From the NCBI GenBank assembly GCA_965287045.1, contig OZ336879.1, positions 36,270,001 to 36,334,000 on the forward strand: a stretch of 64,000 nucleotides of DNA, read 5' to 3'. Position 1 is the stretch's first letter. Each line of letters opens with the position of its first letter. Position numbers and translations under genes: made by a program. Of this stretch, positions 1 to 10,904 are shown in pieces. Under the pieces are notes generated by a model, which searched no databases, was not told the DNA's origin, and saw only the letters and a list, made by a program, of their open reading frames with translations. This DNA is from Carcharhinus amblyrhynchos. Its lineage: Eukaryota.

Positions 1-131
1 TTTTAAAGTCTATTTGTTCCTGGTAGGAGACATGTACCAATAAGAACCCTGCCTGCACTCTCAGAACTTGTAAATAAAATACCAATGAATTATGTTTGCT
101 TTGTGTAAAGGCCAGTCCTCCACCTTTTGAA

Positions 132-330
132 GGGAGGTGGTGGTGTAATGGTATTATCACTGGACCAGTAGCTCAAAGCAGGAGTTAGGGAGCTGGGTTC
201 AAATCCCACCAGGAAACCTAGCCTATATGACTCTGCCTGGTTGACTCGCAAATGTTTTCAGAAATGAAGAGTAGTTGGAGATGGGCAATAAATGCTGGTC
301 CAACCAATTAATCTGCAGATGAAACACTTA
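132..330 (+). mobile_element. tRNA-derived SINE fragment (L2-tailed shark SINE type)
   Basis: A-box-like GGTGGTGTAATGGT, B-box GGGTTCAAATCCC, and an L2-like tail GATGGGCAATAAATGCTGG. Confidence 0.65.
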
Positions 331-378
331 AAATGCACTGTTTCTTTAATCTGAAGTTTCTTTCCCTTTTTGATGCAG

Positions 379-466
379 GATGCAAGCTTTCTATTGCCAT
401 AATGTTTTCAGTGACAATCACTCAGTGAATGGGATCTGTTCTAAATGTCTCAATCTGTCATTTCTG
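379..466 (+). other. Candidate isolated exon (88 nt), gene unknown
   Basis: Pyrimidine tract TTTCTTTCCCTTTTTGATGCAG, donor CTG|GTAAGA, one open frame (MQAFYCHNVFSDNHSVNGICSKCLNLSFL); no recognised homology. Confidence 0.3.
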
Positions 467-1060
467 GTAAGAGCATTATATTTACATATCAAGTGACTGT
501 GGCTTTCATCAATAACAATTGAAGACTCTGAAACTGAAGAGTCTTAAATTAAGATTTTATATTCGATTTCAAAATAGTATGGACAGGAGGGGGGTTAATT
601 GAAACAGACTCAATGCCTCCTCTGATTACAAGATGTTCTCTTGATTTTTGCTTTGCCGTTCAGTGTGGTGGCTTATTTTCCCAATCCTTAATTTGTTGTG
701 TTCCAATCCTCAGTGAATAACTTGATCAGATAAAATTAGGACTTGATTTATTTTGCGCACTCAATGCAGAAAACAGTTTTGTAACATCTGCGCCTTTGTG
801 TATTCATACAATAAAAAAGGGTTGAAAGGGGTACAAGGCCAGACTACAATAAAATACAAGTTTTATGTGAGTCTAGAATTAAAAGTCCAATGGAGGATTT
901 CTTCCAAGTGTAAGTTGTTATTCTTGTCGGGTGATCCAACTTCCATGAGGAAAAACTTTCATGTGGGGAGAAGGCACCCGTTTTAATGTTCGAGGAGTTT
1001 GCAATGTAGATGAGGGCTTGGCAATTGTGCCCAGGCAGAGCTCTTTCCACTATTAGCTAT

Positions 1061-1769
1061 TTGGTGGGTGTCCTTGTGCAAGAATCATGAGTTGGTCTAC
1101 AGGTTCAGCTGATAATTAAGAAAGCAAATGGAGTTTTGTCCTTTATTGCTAGAAGGGTATAGCAAAGTTATGTTGCAGCTGCATAAGATCCTGGGATGAG
1201 GCCACACCTGGAGTGCTGTACAGTTTTGGTCTCCTTAATTGAGAAAGGATATATTGGCATTGGAGGGGGTGCAGAGGAGATTCACTAAATTAATTCCAGA
1301 ATTGAAAGGGTTGGCTTATGAGGAGAGACTGTGTGGGCTGGACCTATATTTATTGGAATTCAGAAGAATGAGGGGAGATCTTATAGAAACCTATGAAGTT
1401 ATGAAAGAAATAGGTAATATAGAAGCAGGGAAGTTGTTTCCACTGATGGGTGAAACTAGAACTAGGGGACATAGTCATAAATCTGGTCCCCCTCATTTTG
1501 AGGCTGAGTTGAGGAGGAACTTCTTCACACAAAGGGTTGTGAATCTATGGAATTCCCTATCCAGTGAAGCAATTGAGGCTATCTCATTGAATGTTTTTTA
1601 AAGCAAGGATAGATAAATGTTTGAACAGTAAAGGAATTAAAGGTGATCATGAGTGGGCAGCTAAGTGGAGCTGAGTCCACAAAAAGATCAGCCATGATCT
1701 TATTGAATGGCAGAGCAGGCTCAAGGGGCCAAATGACCTACTTCTGCTTCTAGTTTTTATGCCCTTATG
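1061..1769 (+). mobile_element. CR1 LINE 3' fragment (ORF2 C-terminus plus 3' UTR)
   Basis: ORF 1239-1601 (RKDILALEGVQRRFTKLIPEL...RRMRGDLIETY...RRNFFTQRVVNLWNSL); typical 3' UTR ending CTTATG. Confidence 0.95.
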
Positions 1770-1940
1770 ACAAACAGTGCAAGCTGCTGCCTAGAGTTAC
1801 TCTTATCTCTGAAGATCAAACAGTAATTGAAGATTAACTCCCAACAGCTTATTAATAAAAGGAATTTGGACAGCTCGGGTCTGGGTAATGTGACAGCATG
1901 GTTTCAGGTAACTAATGAAGCTCCCTGTTTGAAACCCTTT

Positions 1941-2718
1941 AGGTCCTATTTTACCATTTTGATTCTAAGCGCTGGGTGGACTTGAAACTGGGAGTGTTTC
2001 AGAGCTGACTTTTGGACCCCTTCTCAGGCACCCCCATATACACTCAGCTTGAAAAAAAATCAGTGATTACGAATCATGCTGCACAAGTCTGTGGCCAGGG
2101 CTTAATGCACTGAAATCCTGAAGCTCTGGTCAGTGCCTCCAATGGCACATGCACAAAAAAGTGATAGTGCAGCTCTCCTAGCACATCCCTCCTGAGCCAG
2201 ATAATGCCTCCTGCTGGCCCCCACAGACATTGCCCCTGCCCCCCAGCATTCTGACCCTGTTATCCTCCCCACTCACTCCACCACCCAGACCAATCGTGAG
2301 CCCCACCTTCTCCCCACTCACTAATCTCAGGTAGAGTGACAGCAGGCCCCCCCCTCACCCCTACTGATCTCAAGCAAAGTGACAGCAGACCCCCTTCAAC
2401 CCCACTGAACTCAGGCAGAGTGCAACAGACCCCTTATTCCCTCACACCGATCTGAAGCAGAAAGCCATCGGACCCCCACTCCCCCTCACTGATCTCAAAC
2501 AGAGAGCCATTGGACTCTCGGCACTCACCTTCCCACTAACTGGAGCACCCGGATTTCACTTTTGTGAGGCATGCCTGTTTCGTGCCAATTCTGGATGGGC
2601 GAACAGGGTCATAAAGGGGAAGTGCTGTTAAGGTTGGGCATGCAGCCCATTAAGTCAATTTAAATGCAGCATTTAAATGGCTGTTGTGCCTATTTTGGGC
2701 ACAGTCCCAGTCATGGCC
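1941..2718. mobile_element. Non-autonomous DNA transposon (Harbinger-like), reverse-orientation copy of the family at 7203-8071; one end lost at the PLE junction
   Basis: Begins AGGTCCTATTTTACCATTTTGAT, matching the reverse complement of 8041-8070; 2610-2718 matches the reverse complement of about 7330-7440. Confidence 0.8.
2310..2520. repeat. Internal minisatellite of about 43 bp, about 5 units
   Basis: Repeated CACTGATCTCAGGCAGAGTGACAGCAGACCCCC-like units. Confidence 0.75.
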
Positions 2719-2726
2719 TCAGTACT

Positions 2727-4306
2727 CAACACCAACAACTGCCAAATTCCAGATGCAATTTTACAACTCACCTGCTTCATCCTGGACCACAATATCTTCA
2801 TCTTCGACAACCGGTTCTTCATCTAGACACACGGAACAGCTCTGGGGACCAAATTTGCACCTTGATATGCCAACATCTTCATGCACAGGTTCAAACAAGA
2901 CCTTTTCATTGTACAGGACATTCAACTGATGCTATACACTAGATACATCAATGACATTTTCTCCCTTTTGAAGTCATGGTGAGCAATCACTGAAACAACT
3001 ATATGATAACATTGACAAATTCCATCCCACCATCAGACTCACCATGGACTACTCTCTGGAATGGATTGCATTCTTGGACACACACATCTCCATTAAGGAC
3101 ATTCACCTCAGCACTTCACTGTACTGCAAGCCCATAGATAACCTTATGATGCTCCACTTCTCTGGCTTCCACCCTAAACACATTAAAGAAGCCATCCCCT
3201 ACAGATAAGCCCTCTGTACACACAGGATCTGCTCAGATGAGGAGAATCATGACAGACACCTCCAGTTGCTGAAAGATGCTGTCATAAGAACAGGCTATGG
3301 CACTTGACTCATCAAGTGACAGTTCTGACACCATGGCAAAAAACCACACTCTCCTTCTCAGAAGACAAACATGGGACACGAAGGACAGTACTCTTTGTCA
3401 TCCAGTAGTTGTCTGGAGCAGAGAAGCTACAACATCTTCTCTGAAGCCTTCAACATGTCATTGATGAAGATGAACATCTCCTAAGGCAATCCCCACAACC
3501 CCACTTGTCTTCAAATAACTGCACAACCTCAGACCATTGTCAGTAGAAAACTATCCAGCCTTCAAGAGAACAGTGACCACGACACCATACAACCCTGCCA
3601 CAGCAACCTCTGCAAGACCTGCCGGATCATCAACACATGCCATCATCTCATGCGAGAACACCATCCACCAGGCACACAGTACATACTCTTACAACTCTGC
3701 CAATGCTGTCTACCTGATACACTGCAGGGAAGGAAGTCCTGAGACATGGTACATTAGGGAGACCATGCAGACACTACAATAACAGATAAATGTTCAACAA
3801 TCACCAGGCATGTTCAGCATCAATCAACCAAGACTCCTGTTGGACACTTCAGCATCATGGGCATTCAGCCTCTAATCTTTGGGTATGTGTTCTCCAAGGT
3901 GGCCTTCACAACATGTGACAATGCAGAATTGCTGAGCAGAAACTGATAGCCAAATTCCACACCCGTGGACGGCCTCAACCAGGATCTTGGGTTCATGCCA
4001 CACTATCTGTAACCCCCACAACTTGCCTGAACTTGTAAAGTCTCACTAACTGTCCTGGCTGGAGATAATACACATCTCTTTAACCTTTGCTTAACCCTCT
4101 CTCCACTCTCATATTGTCTGTATCTTGAAGACTTGATTGCCTGTAAAGATTCACATTCCAACCATTATCTTGTAAATTGAGTTTGTGTCTATATATGCCC
4201 TGTTTGTGAACACAACTCCCACTCACCTGATGAAGGGGCAATGCTCAAAGCTTTCTACCAAATAAATCTTCTTGGACTTTAACCTGGTGTCATGAGACTT
4301 CTTACT
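2727..4306 (+). mobile_element. Penelope-like element (family A), degenerate RT C-terminus, GIY-YIG endonuclease and pLTR
   Basis: Frameshifted ILDHNIFIFDN..HGTALGTKFAP*YANIFMH..YTRYINDIF; endonuclease NAVYLIHC..WYIRET; hammerhead-like CTGATGA at 4227; ends GAGACTTCTTACT. Confidence 0.92.
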
Positions 4307-4586
4307 TGAGTTCATATAGTTGAAAGGGCAGGACTTATAAAAGCTAACAGTGCTGGGAAACTCCCAATCTCAAAGATTAATTAAAGGACACCCTTTAGCA
4401 AGGGGAGGGCATATCTGCAAGGGTAATTCCCCTCATTCACATGACCCTCATAGACATGAGGAAGCATTCTCACCCCTACCTTGTACCCTCAGTGGAGGAG
4501 TATAACCACCCACCCCTCCAATGGTGGTCTATGGCAGTGCTGCCTTGCAGCAACTCCCAAAGCAAAATAGCACCACAATTCTCTGA

Positions 4587-5360
4587 ACATCTTGGGGACT
4601 ACCACTGGCCAGAAGTTGACTGGGTCAACTATATGAACACTGCAATTACAAGAACAGGGAAGCTGAATTTTCTGACAGGTTTTTGAGTGACCCCTGAATG
4701 CCTCTCTACCATCCACAAGGCTCGCATTAAGAGTAGGATGGAATACTCCTCAGTCAGCTGGATGGATGCAGCTGCAATAACACTCAAAGAACTTGATACT
4801 TTTCAAGATAAAGCCGTTATCCAATCGTGCCCTGCCACCAAACTTGAGATCCACCTCATCATAAGCAGCAGTTCATTAAACAACCATTTTCTTTCTTAAA
4901 CTTTACAACCAAAATGCAAAAGAACAGCAATGTAATCAGAACATTACTTTCTCATTTGGCTATGTATTACCATTCTTCCATTGTTACTTGCTCAGTATCC
5001 TGAAATCCTCTATTTAAAAATCACAGAATCATTGCAACTGTAGGGTAAAGAATTGAGATCAAGAGCACCTCAGTCATGGCATTACATAATGGTTACATTG
5101 GTAAGAGATTGAGATCTGGTGAAGAGCAAAAGTCCAAGCTTGTGTGAGGGTTCTAAGATGTATTTAGATTTGTAAACAAACAGGAATGCGTTTTACAAAT
5201 AACTGTCTTGGGTTAACTGGCATATACTCTAGAAACCCCATCTAGCCCACAAACGCAAGACAAAATACCAATTAGAAGAATTGACAAAGACAGTCCACTG
5301 CTGTTTCCTCACTGTTAATAATAACTGTGGTTTTGCCAGCATTGACCTGCATTTACAAGA
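4587..5360 (+). mobile_element. L2-clade LINE 3' fragment, interrupted at about 5039-5270
   Basis: ORF 4687-4899 (TPECLSTIHKARIKSRMEYSSVSWMDAA..LKELDTFQDKA) matches the L2 ORF2 C-terminus. Confidence 0.8.
5039..5270. mobile_element. Possible solo LTR inserted in the L2 tail
   Basis: TGTAG...CA block interrupting colinear L2 3' sequence; possible CAAC/CAAT duplication. Confidence 0.4.
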
Positions 5361-5709
5361 TCCAAACTGCTAATTTAAAAAAAATGTTTTTGTGGTATTT
5401 GTCTAAACAAAGTATTTATTAATGTATGCCATTTTAAATGTTGGATGCAACAAACAGCAATTATCACAAGCTTTTCCTTGTTCCTGGTGTCCTATTTTCT
5501 TCCAACCAGCGGGTAAACACAAAATATTAATTTCTTTCCCTCTATCGAGTGAAGCTTCTGATATGCAATGTGAATTTCTACATCAACTGGTTGAGAAAAA
5601 CATTCTCTAATGAAAAGCTTGTTGTGCTTTGTGCAGACTAAACCAATGCAAATTTTGGTTGTTCTAAACACATTGGGAAAATGTATGGCAAAACCTGCAA
5701 GAGAAACAA

Positions 5710-6031
5710 TCATAGAAATCCTACAGTACAGAAAAAGACCATTTGGCCCATCGAGTCTGCACCGACCATAATCCCACCCAGCCTCTACCCCCGTATCCCT
5801 ACATATTTACCCTCTAATCCCTTTAGCCTACACATGTCAGGCCACTAAAGGCAATCAACCTAACCCACACATCTTTGGACTGTGGGAGGAAACCGGAGCA
5901 TCCCCCAGAGAGAAAACACACAGGCATGAAGAGAATGTGCAAACTCCACACAGTGACCCAAGCCAGGAATCAAAACCAGGACCCTGAAACTGTGAAGCAG
6001 CAGTGCTAACCATTATGCTACGGTGCCGCCC
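5710..6031 (-). mobile_element. HE1/V-SINE-type tRNA SINE, full length
   Basis: Minus strand reads GGGCGGCACCGTAGCATAATGGTTAGCACTGCTGC (A box), then B box, central TGTGTGGAGTTTGCACATTCT domain and CR1-like tail. Confidence 0.92.
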
Positions 6032-7136
6032 AACAAAAGGAAGCGATCTTTGGTATTTGGTTGTTATTTCCAATAATAATAGTTTATGGTGAAGGAATAA
6101 GTCTGGAGCTTACTACTTGCCTTAAAGTTTTTTTTTATTTTCAGAACAGCTAAACAGAGACCCCACCCCCCCACCTTCTTCCCGTCTTCCCTTCTCCCCC
6201 ATCCCCCAACTGACTCAGCTCAAGTGATATTCATCACTTGAAATTAACAATGCAATCATCTTAACAATGTAATTTCCAGAGGCAATTGTTTATACATTGA
6301 CATTTGTTGTGGAGCTTATTCATAATTGTCTGTAAACAGAAGCTGACTCTTTACATAACTTGTGTTGAAAAACTGAAAGACTTTTGTCAATTTATTGACC
6401 TTGGCAATTCTAAATTGCTAGCAACACACAATTCCTTTCTTTTGTATCAGTGTTAGATGGAATTTTATTGACTTTTGATGGGTTCAAGACCCTTCTCTCA
6501 AGACAAACATACAACAATGTTGAAGTAGGCCTTCAAGGACTTTTAGATGAAACTGTTGTTCTCGTTTGCAATTAAGCAAAGCATCTTTCAGCAAACAGTA
6601 GAAACAATGAACTTGTCAGTGACAGAAATTGCACAGCATATTCAATCTTCAATATAATTTAGCAGAGAGGCTCAAAGAATCATCATGAAGACACCAAGAT
6701 CGTGTTTGCAGTCTTTAGCCAACTTTTTGGGGAAATTAAGGAAGTGGAATTTTACAATGCAGCCAAAAATTCCCTCAATGTTTTTGAATGAATTGTAGCA
6801 CTTAAAACCTGCATTTGAGTGCACACAAAGCTTGAGTGGGCCTTGTTGAGAAGCATTCATGTGTGTGATTATTATAGAATCCTACAGTGCAGATTATACG
6901 CAGCATTGCCTTGTCACTTGCCACACAAGAATTCCCACCCTAAATTTAATAAGCAAGAGACGACACTTTGAATAGACAGATACAAAATCAATAATCTCCC
7001 AAATCTTTGACTGGAACTCAAGCACCTATAGGTAACTGAATGTTCTTCACGACGTTCTCAATAAGACTTTAGAATATTCAGATCTGGCAAAGGCAGTCAT
7101 GTTTGATTTGTTTTGTGCCAAGCAGCGCAGCTCCTA

Positions 7137-8140
7137 TTGAACAAAGGGTCATCCTAACTCAGTTGATTCTATTCTCTCTCCATAGATGCTGTCAGACCTG
7201 CTGGGCCTGATTTTTACCATCACATTGCACCCATTTTCAGGCACAAAAACTTGGTAAAGTCGGGTGTGGGGTGAGTAGTGCAATCCATACCTGCCTCCAT
7301 GCCAGTTCCCATTTTACAAAGGTCTGAAAATGGCCACTATTGGGACTGTATCCAAAACGGGTGTGAGGGCCATTTGAATGCACTTTAAATTGACTAAATG
7401 GGCGGCATGCCCAGCTTTACCAGCACTCCCCCCTTTACCATCCAGAATCAGTGCAAAACAGGTACGCTCATTACAAATCCAATTTGGGTGTTCCAGTTAG
7501 GGAGGAGCTAACTGCCAAATGACCAATGACTCTCTGGTTCAGGTCGGTGGATGGGGGGAGGCAGGGGCGGTGGAGGTGGGAGGTGAATTTGACAGCTCTC
7601 TCAGATCGGTGGGGAGGACCAGTTGGATCCACTGCCACTCTGCTTGAGATCAGTGGAGGGGAAGTTAGGGGGTCTGCTGCCACTCTACCTGAGATTGGTG
7701 GTGGGGTGGGTGGGTAGGGGCCCATGATCGGTCTGGGTAGGGGGAATAAGGGGGTCAGTAATGTTGTGGAGGCGGGGCAATGCCTGTGACAGTCCGGGGA
7801 GGCATTATCCAGCCTGGAAGGGATGTGGCAGAGGAGCAGCATTGTATCTTTTTTTTCTGCATGCACAGTTGGAGGCGCTGATCAGAGCTGCAGAGTTTCG
7901 GGCATGTTAAGCCCCGCCTGCAGGCATGTGCAGCGCAATTTAGAATCTAATTTTTTTTTTCAGGCAGTGCGTATCAGGGTGTCTCAGAATGGATCTAAAA
8001 GTTAGATCCGAAACACTCCCAGTTTCCAAGCCTGCCCAGCACTTTAGCATCAAAATGGTAAATAGGGCCCACTGGGTTTCTCCAGTATTTTCTGTTTTTG
8101 TTTCAGATTCTAGCATCCTAAGTATGTTGCTTTTATTCTA
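7137..8140 (+). mobile_element. PLE family B pLTR remnant split by the DNA transposon at 7203-8071
   Basis: CTCTCTCCATAGATGCTGTCAGACCTGCTG | GGTTTCTCCAGTATTTTCTGTTTTTGTTTCAGATTCTAGCATC; same family as 30505-30633. Confidence 0.7.
7203..8071. mobile_element. Non-autonomous DNA transposon with both terminal inverted repeats (Harbinger-like)
   Basis: GGGCCTGATTTTTACCAT ... ATGGTAAATAGGGCCC; possible 3-bp CTG duplication; homologous to 1941-2718. Confidence 0.85.
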
Positions 8141-9224
8141 TTGAATGTGACTTTTCGGGAATAAACACAGTTTGATCACCTGAAAAAGTCGTGAGATGAA
8201 TGTTCTCATTCCGCCTGCCACAAGAATCGTAGCAGGTGAGGGGCGAATCATGGAAAGGTTGATGTGGGGTGGGATCATCCAGTTTTGGGACAAGCATGGC
8301 TGGCAAATCGCACCCTATGTCTCCATGTTTCTGTTGCGAAGGCTTTCTTGCTTTTGTGAATCAATGTTGATTCCAAGTGTGCTGCTTTCTACAACACATT
8401 GCTGAACAGTATGTGGATCCGTCAAGAAATTTCTTTAAAGAAGAAACATCATACTTTTGGGAGACTGTAGGATGGGCACAGGACGAGTACTTCTAAAGAG
8501 CAGTAACCAATTAAATGTAAGTATATAATGCAAACTGAATCATATAGACTGATATTTTGAGTTTTTATTCAATTATTATTGGACATCATAGGAAATGTCA
8601 GAGTTTTACCTTTTGAGAGTATTTGCTTAAAGCTTTGGCCTTGTGTGGTTAATCAACTTGAGTAAAGCCACACAACAAAATTGCACACTATCTACATAAG
8701 CCTTCTATGCTTAACTTCTGACTCCATAAGTTCTTAATCTGTGGTTTTGCTCAGATTTGCCTTTTGTGGGCCTTGAATCTGCAGTTTGCAGAGGCACCAT
8801 CTCATCATCAGTCATTTTGACACAGGATCTCATTTGCTTTTTTGAAGTGAAATGATTGAATGATGAAAGAGCCATGAAATGAGAGGGTACAACCAGAGGC
8901 AGATGAATAGGCAAAACTAGAAAGAAACTATGGAGAACAATAATGAGATAAACAAGAAAGGAAGAGAACAATGAGCAAAAAATAAACAAAACTGCAACAA
9001 AATATCAATAAGCTCCTGAGTGCTTAAAAAAAACTTTTAAAAGCTAATGAATATATTAATCTCCAGCAGTAACCACATTTCTTAATGAAAAATAACTGCA
9101 GCTTTAATATCTGCTGGCCATAACTTGGTGCTCATTGTGCTTCTGATACTACATGTAATGGCATGAACTGAACTGCACTGCCTGCCAATTTTTGCCCATC
9201 CCACACAGTATCCGATGTTAGTCA

Positions 9225-9750
9225 GGATGTAACTGTGGGCGTGCTATGAATACCCTGGTAGAATGAGAATATTTGGTTTGGAAGGCTGCGCCTAAGGAAA
9301 CTTGGTGAGTTTTTGCAGTGCATCTTGTAGATGCTACATACAGCTATCACTATTCGTTGGGATTGAACATTTGTGGAAGGGGTAGCAATCAAGTGGGCTG
9401 CTTTGCCCTGGATGGTGTCAAGCTTCTTGGAGCTGCACTCATTCAAATAGTGGACCGATTCCATTCACACTCCTGACTTGTGCCTTGTAAATGGTGGACA
9501 GGCTTTAGGGGTATCACGAGACAAGTTAATAGCCGCAGGATTTGCTCTAGTAGCAACACTATTTATATAGCTAATCTAGTTCAGTTTCTGGTCAATGGTC
9601 ACACTCAGGATGTTGATAGTGGGGGATTCATTGATGGTAATATCATTGAATGTCAAAGGGCAATGGGTAGACCCTTTCTTCCTGGAGATAGTCTTTGCCT
9701 GGCATTTGTGAGGAGCAAATGTTACTTGCCAGTTGTCAGTTCAATCTGCT
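9225..9750 (-). mobile_element. L2-clade LINE 3' fragment
   Basis: ORF 9222-9464 (KKLDTIQGKAAHLIATPST...VAVCSIYKMHCKNSP). Confidence 0.85.
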
Positions 9751-10047
9751 AACATCTTCAATAAAAGTCATCCTCCTGTGCAATGTAGCTGGGATCAGTC
9801 ACTTCATCAGTACTGATGTCATCTGTAGTGAGATATCTCTATTGTTGAACATTGCAAATAGTGTTTAGGGAAAACTAGATCTGCATTTATACAATCAGAC
9901 CAATATTGCCTGCAAAATCTCAAATGGTTTTATGCAGTGTGGCAATGTATTCTTAATTCCTTCTGAAAACTCAGCCTTGATGAAAGCTTTCCTGTCCTTG
10001 AACCACATAGTGCCAGCAGAGTGGCAAGATTAATCATTTTAAAATAG

Positions 10048-10900
10048 TGGGTGGAATTTCTTGCTTATTTGGCAGAATGGCGCAGCGACAGGAATAATGG
10101 GATCGAAGCTGTCATCAGAGGCAGTCATTCTCAATCATATATTATGAGTCTTTCAGAGAAAAATAGCAAGGGGCGGGTCCTACAACATCACACTTATTCA
10201 GTTAAACAGTGCTGTGATGTAAAATAATAAAAATCGAACCCCCGTCCCTCAACCACATCTCTTTTCTTCCAGTCCTATCATAGAACTCCCCCACCTCACC
10301 CTGGAGTTCTCTCAGACGCCACAGGACATCCTCCCCTGGGGCTGCCTGGGCAGTGCCAGCGAACAGTGCTGGGGGGGCAGTGCCAGAGTACTGCCCAGGC
10401 ATGAGATTCTTTCACCTCCTGGAGGTATATTCACGGGGATAGTTCCAGTAGGTTCCACTCAAGTCTTGGGTGCCTGTCATGATTCAATTGATGTGGAGAT
10501 GCTGGTGTTGGACTGGGGTAAACATAGTAAGAAGTCTCACAACACCAGGTTAAAGTCCAACAGATTTATTTGGTAGCACAAGCCACTAGCTTTCAGAGTG
10601 CTGCTCCTTCAGAGAAAACGACTCACCTGATGAAGGAGCAGTGCTTCAAAAACTAGTGGCTTGTGCTAACCTGTTGGACTTTAACCTGGTGTTGTGAGAC
10701 TTCTTACTATGATTCAATTGGCATGAGGGTGAATGGGCAATTTAGCGTGGCAGGACAATTATGGCATTTTAATGTTTTCAGATGGGGATCTTGATGTTCA
10801 ACATAGATATACCTGTTATGTCATTTGGACATGGACAATTGACCAGGAGAATCCCACTGGTGTAGAAGTTATTTTGACACTCCCACAGAATTCTCTGCCC
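10048..10900. mobile_element. Non-autonomous DNA transposon hosting a palindromic PLE
   Basis: Imperfect TIRs GGGTGGAATTTCT / AGAATTCTCTGCCC; GC-rich core similar in style to 40070-41106. Confidence 0.55.
10491..10708. mobile_element. Short palindromic PLE family A insertion (inverted pLTRs plus tail)
   Basis: Inverted arms at about 10524-10612 and 10630-10710; exact 12-bp duplication ATGATTCAATTG (10479-10490, 10709-10720); CTGATGA core at 10627. Confidence 0.9.
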
Positions 10901-10904
10901 CCTC

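Noticed and set aside
379-466. Resemblance of NGICSKC to an A20-type zinc finger
   Set aside because: The upstream C-x4-CGFYG spacing is absent, so no gene name is assigned.
2310-2520. Repeat-spacer-like array
   Set aside because: A degenerate tandem minisatellite with poly-C linkers, not CRISPR; vertebrate context and no cas genes.
5980-6031. tRNA-like sequence (also at other SINE heads)
   Set aside because: These are SINE heads fused to the central domain, not complete tRNA cloverleafs.
7471-7866. 131-aa Pro-rich ORF
   Set aside because: Product of the GC-rich minisatellite inside a non-autonomous DNA transposon.
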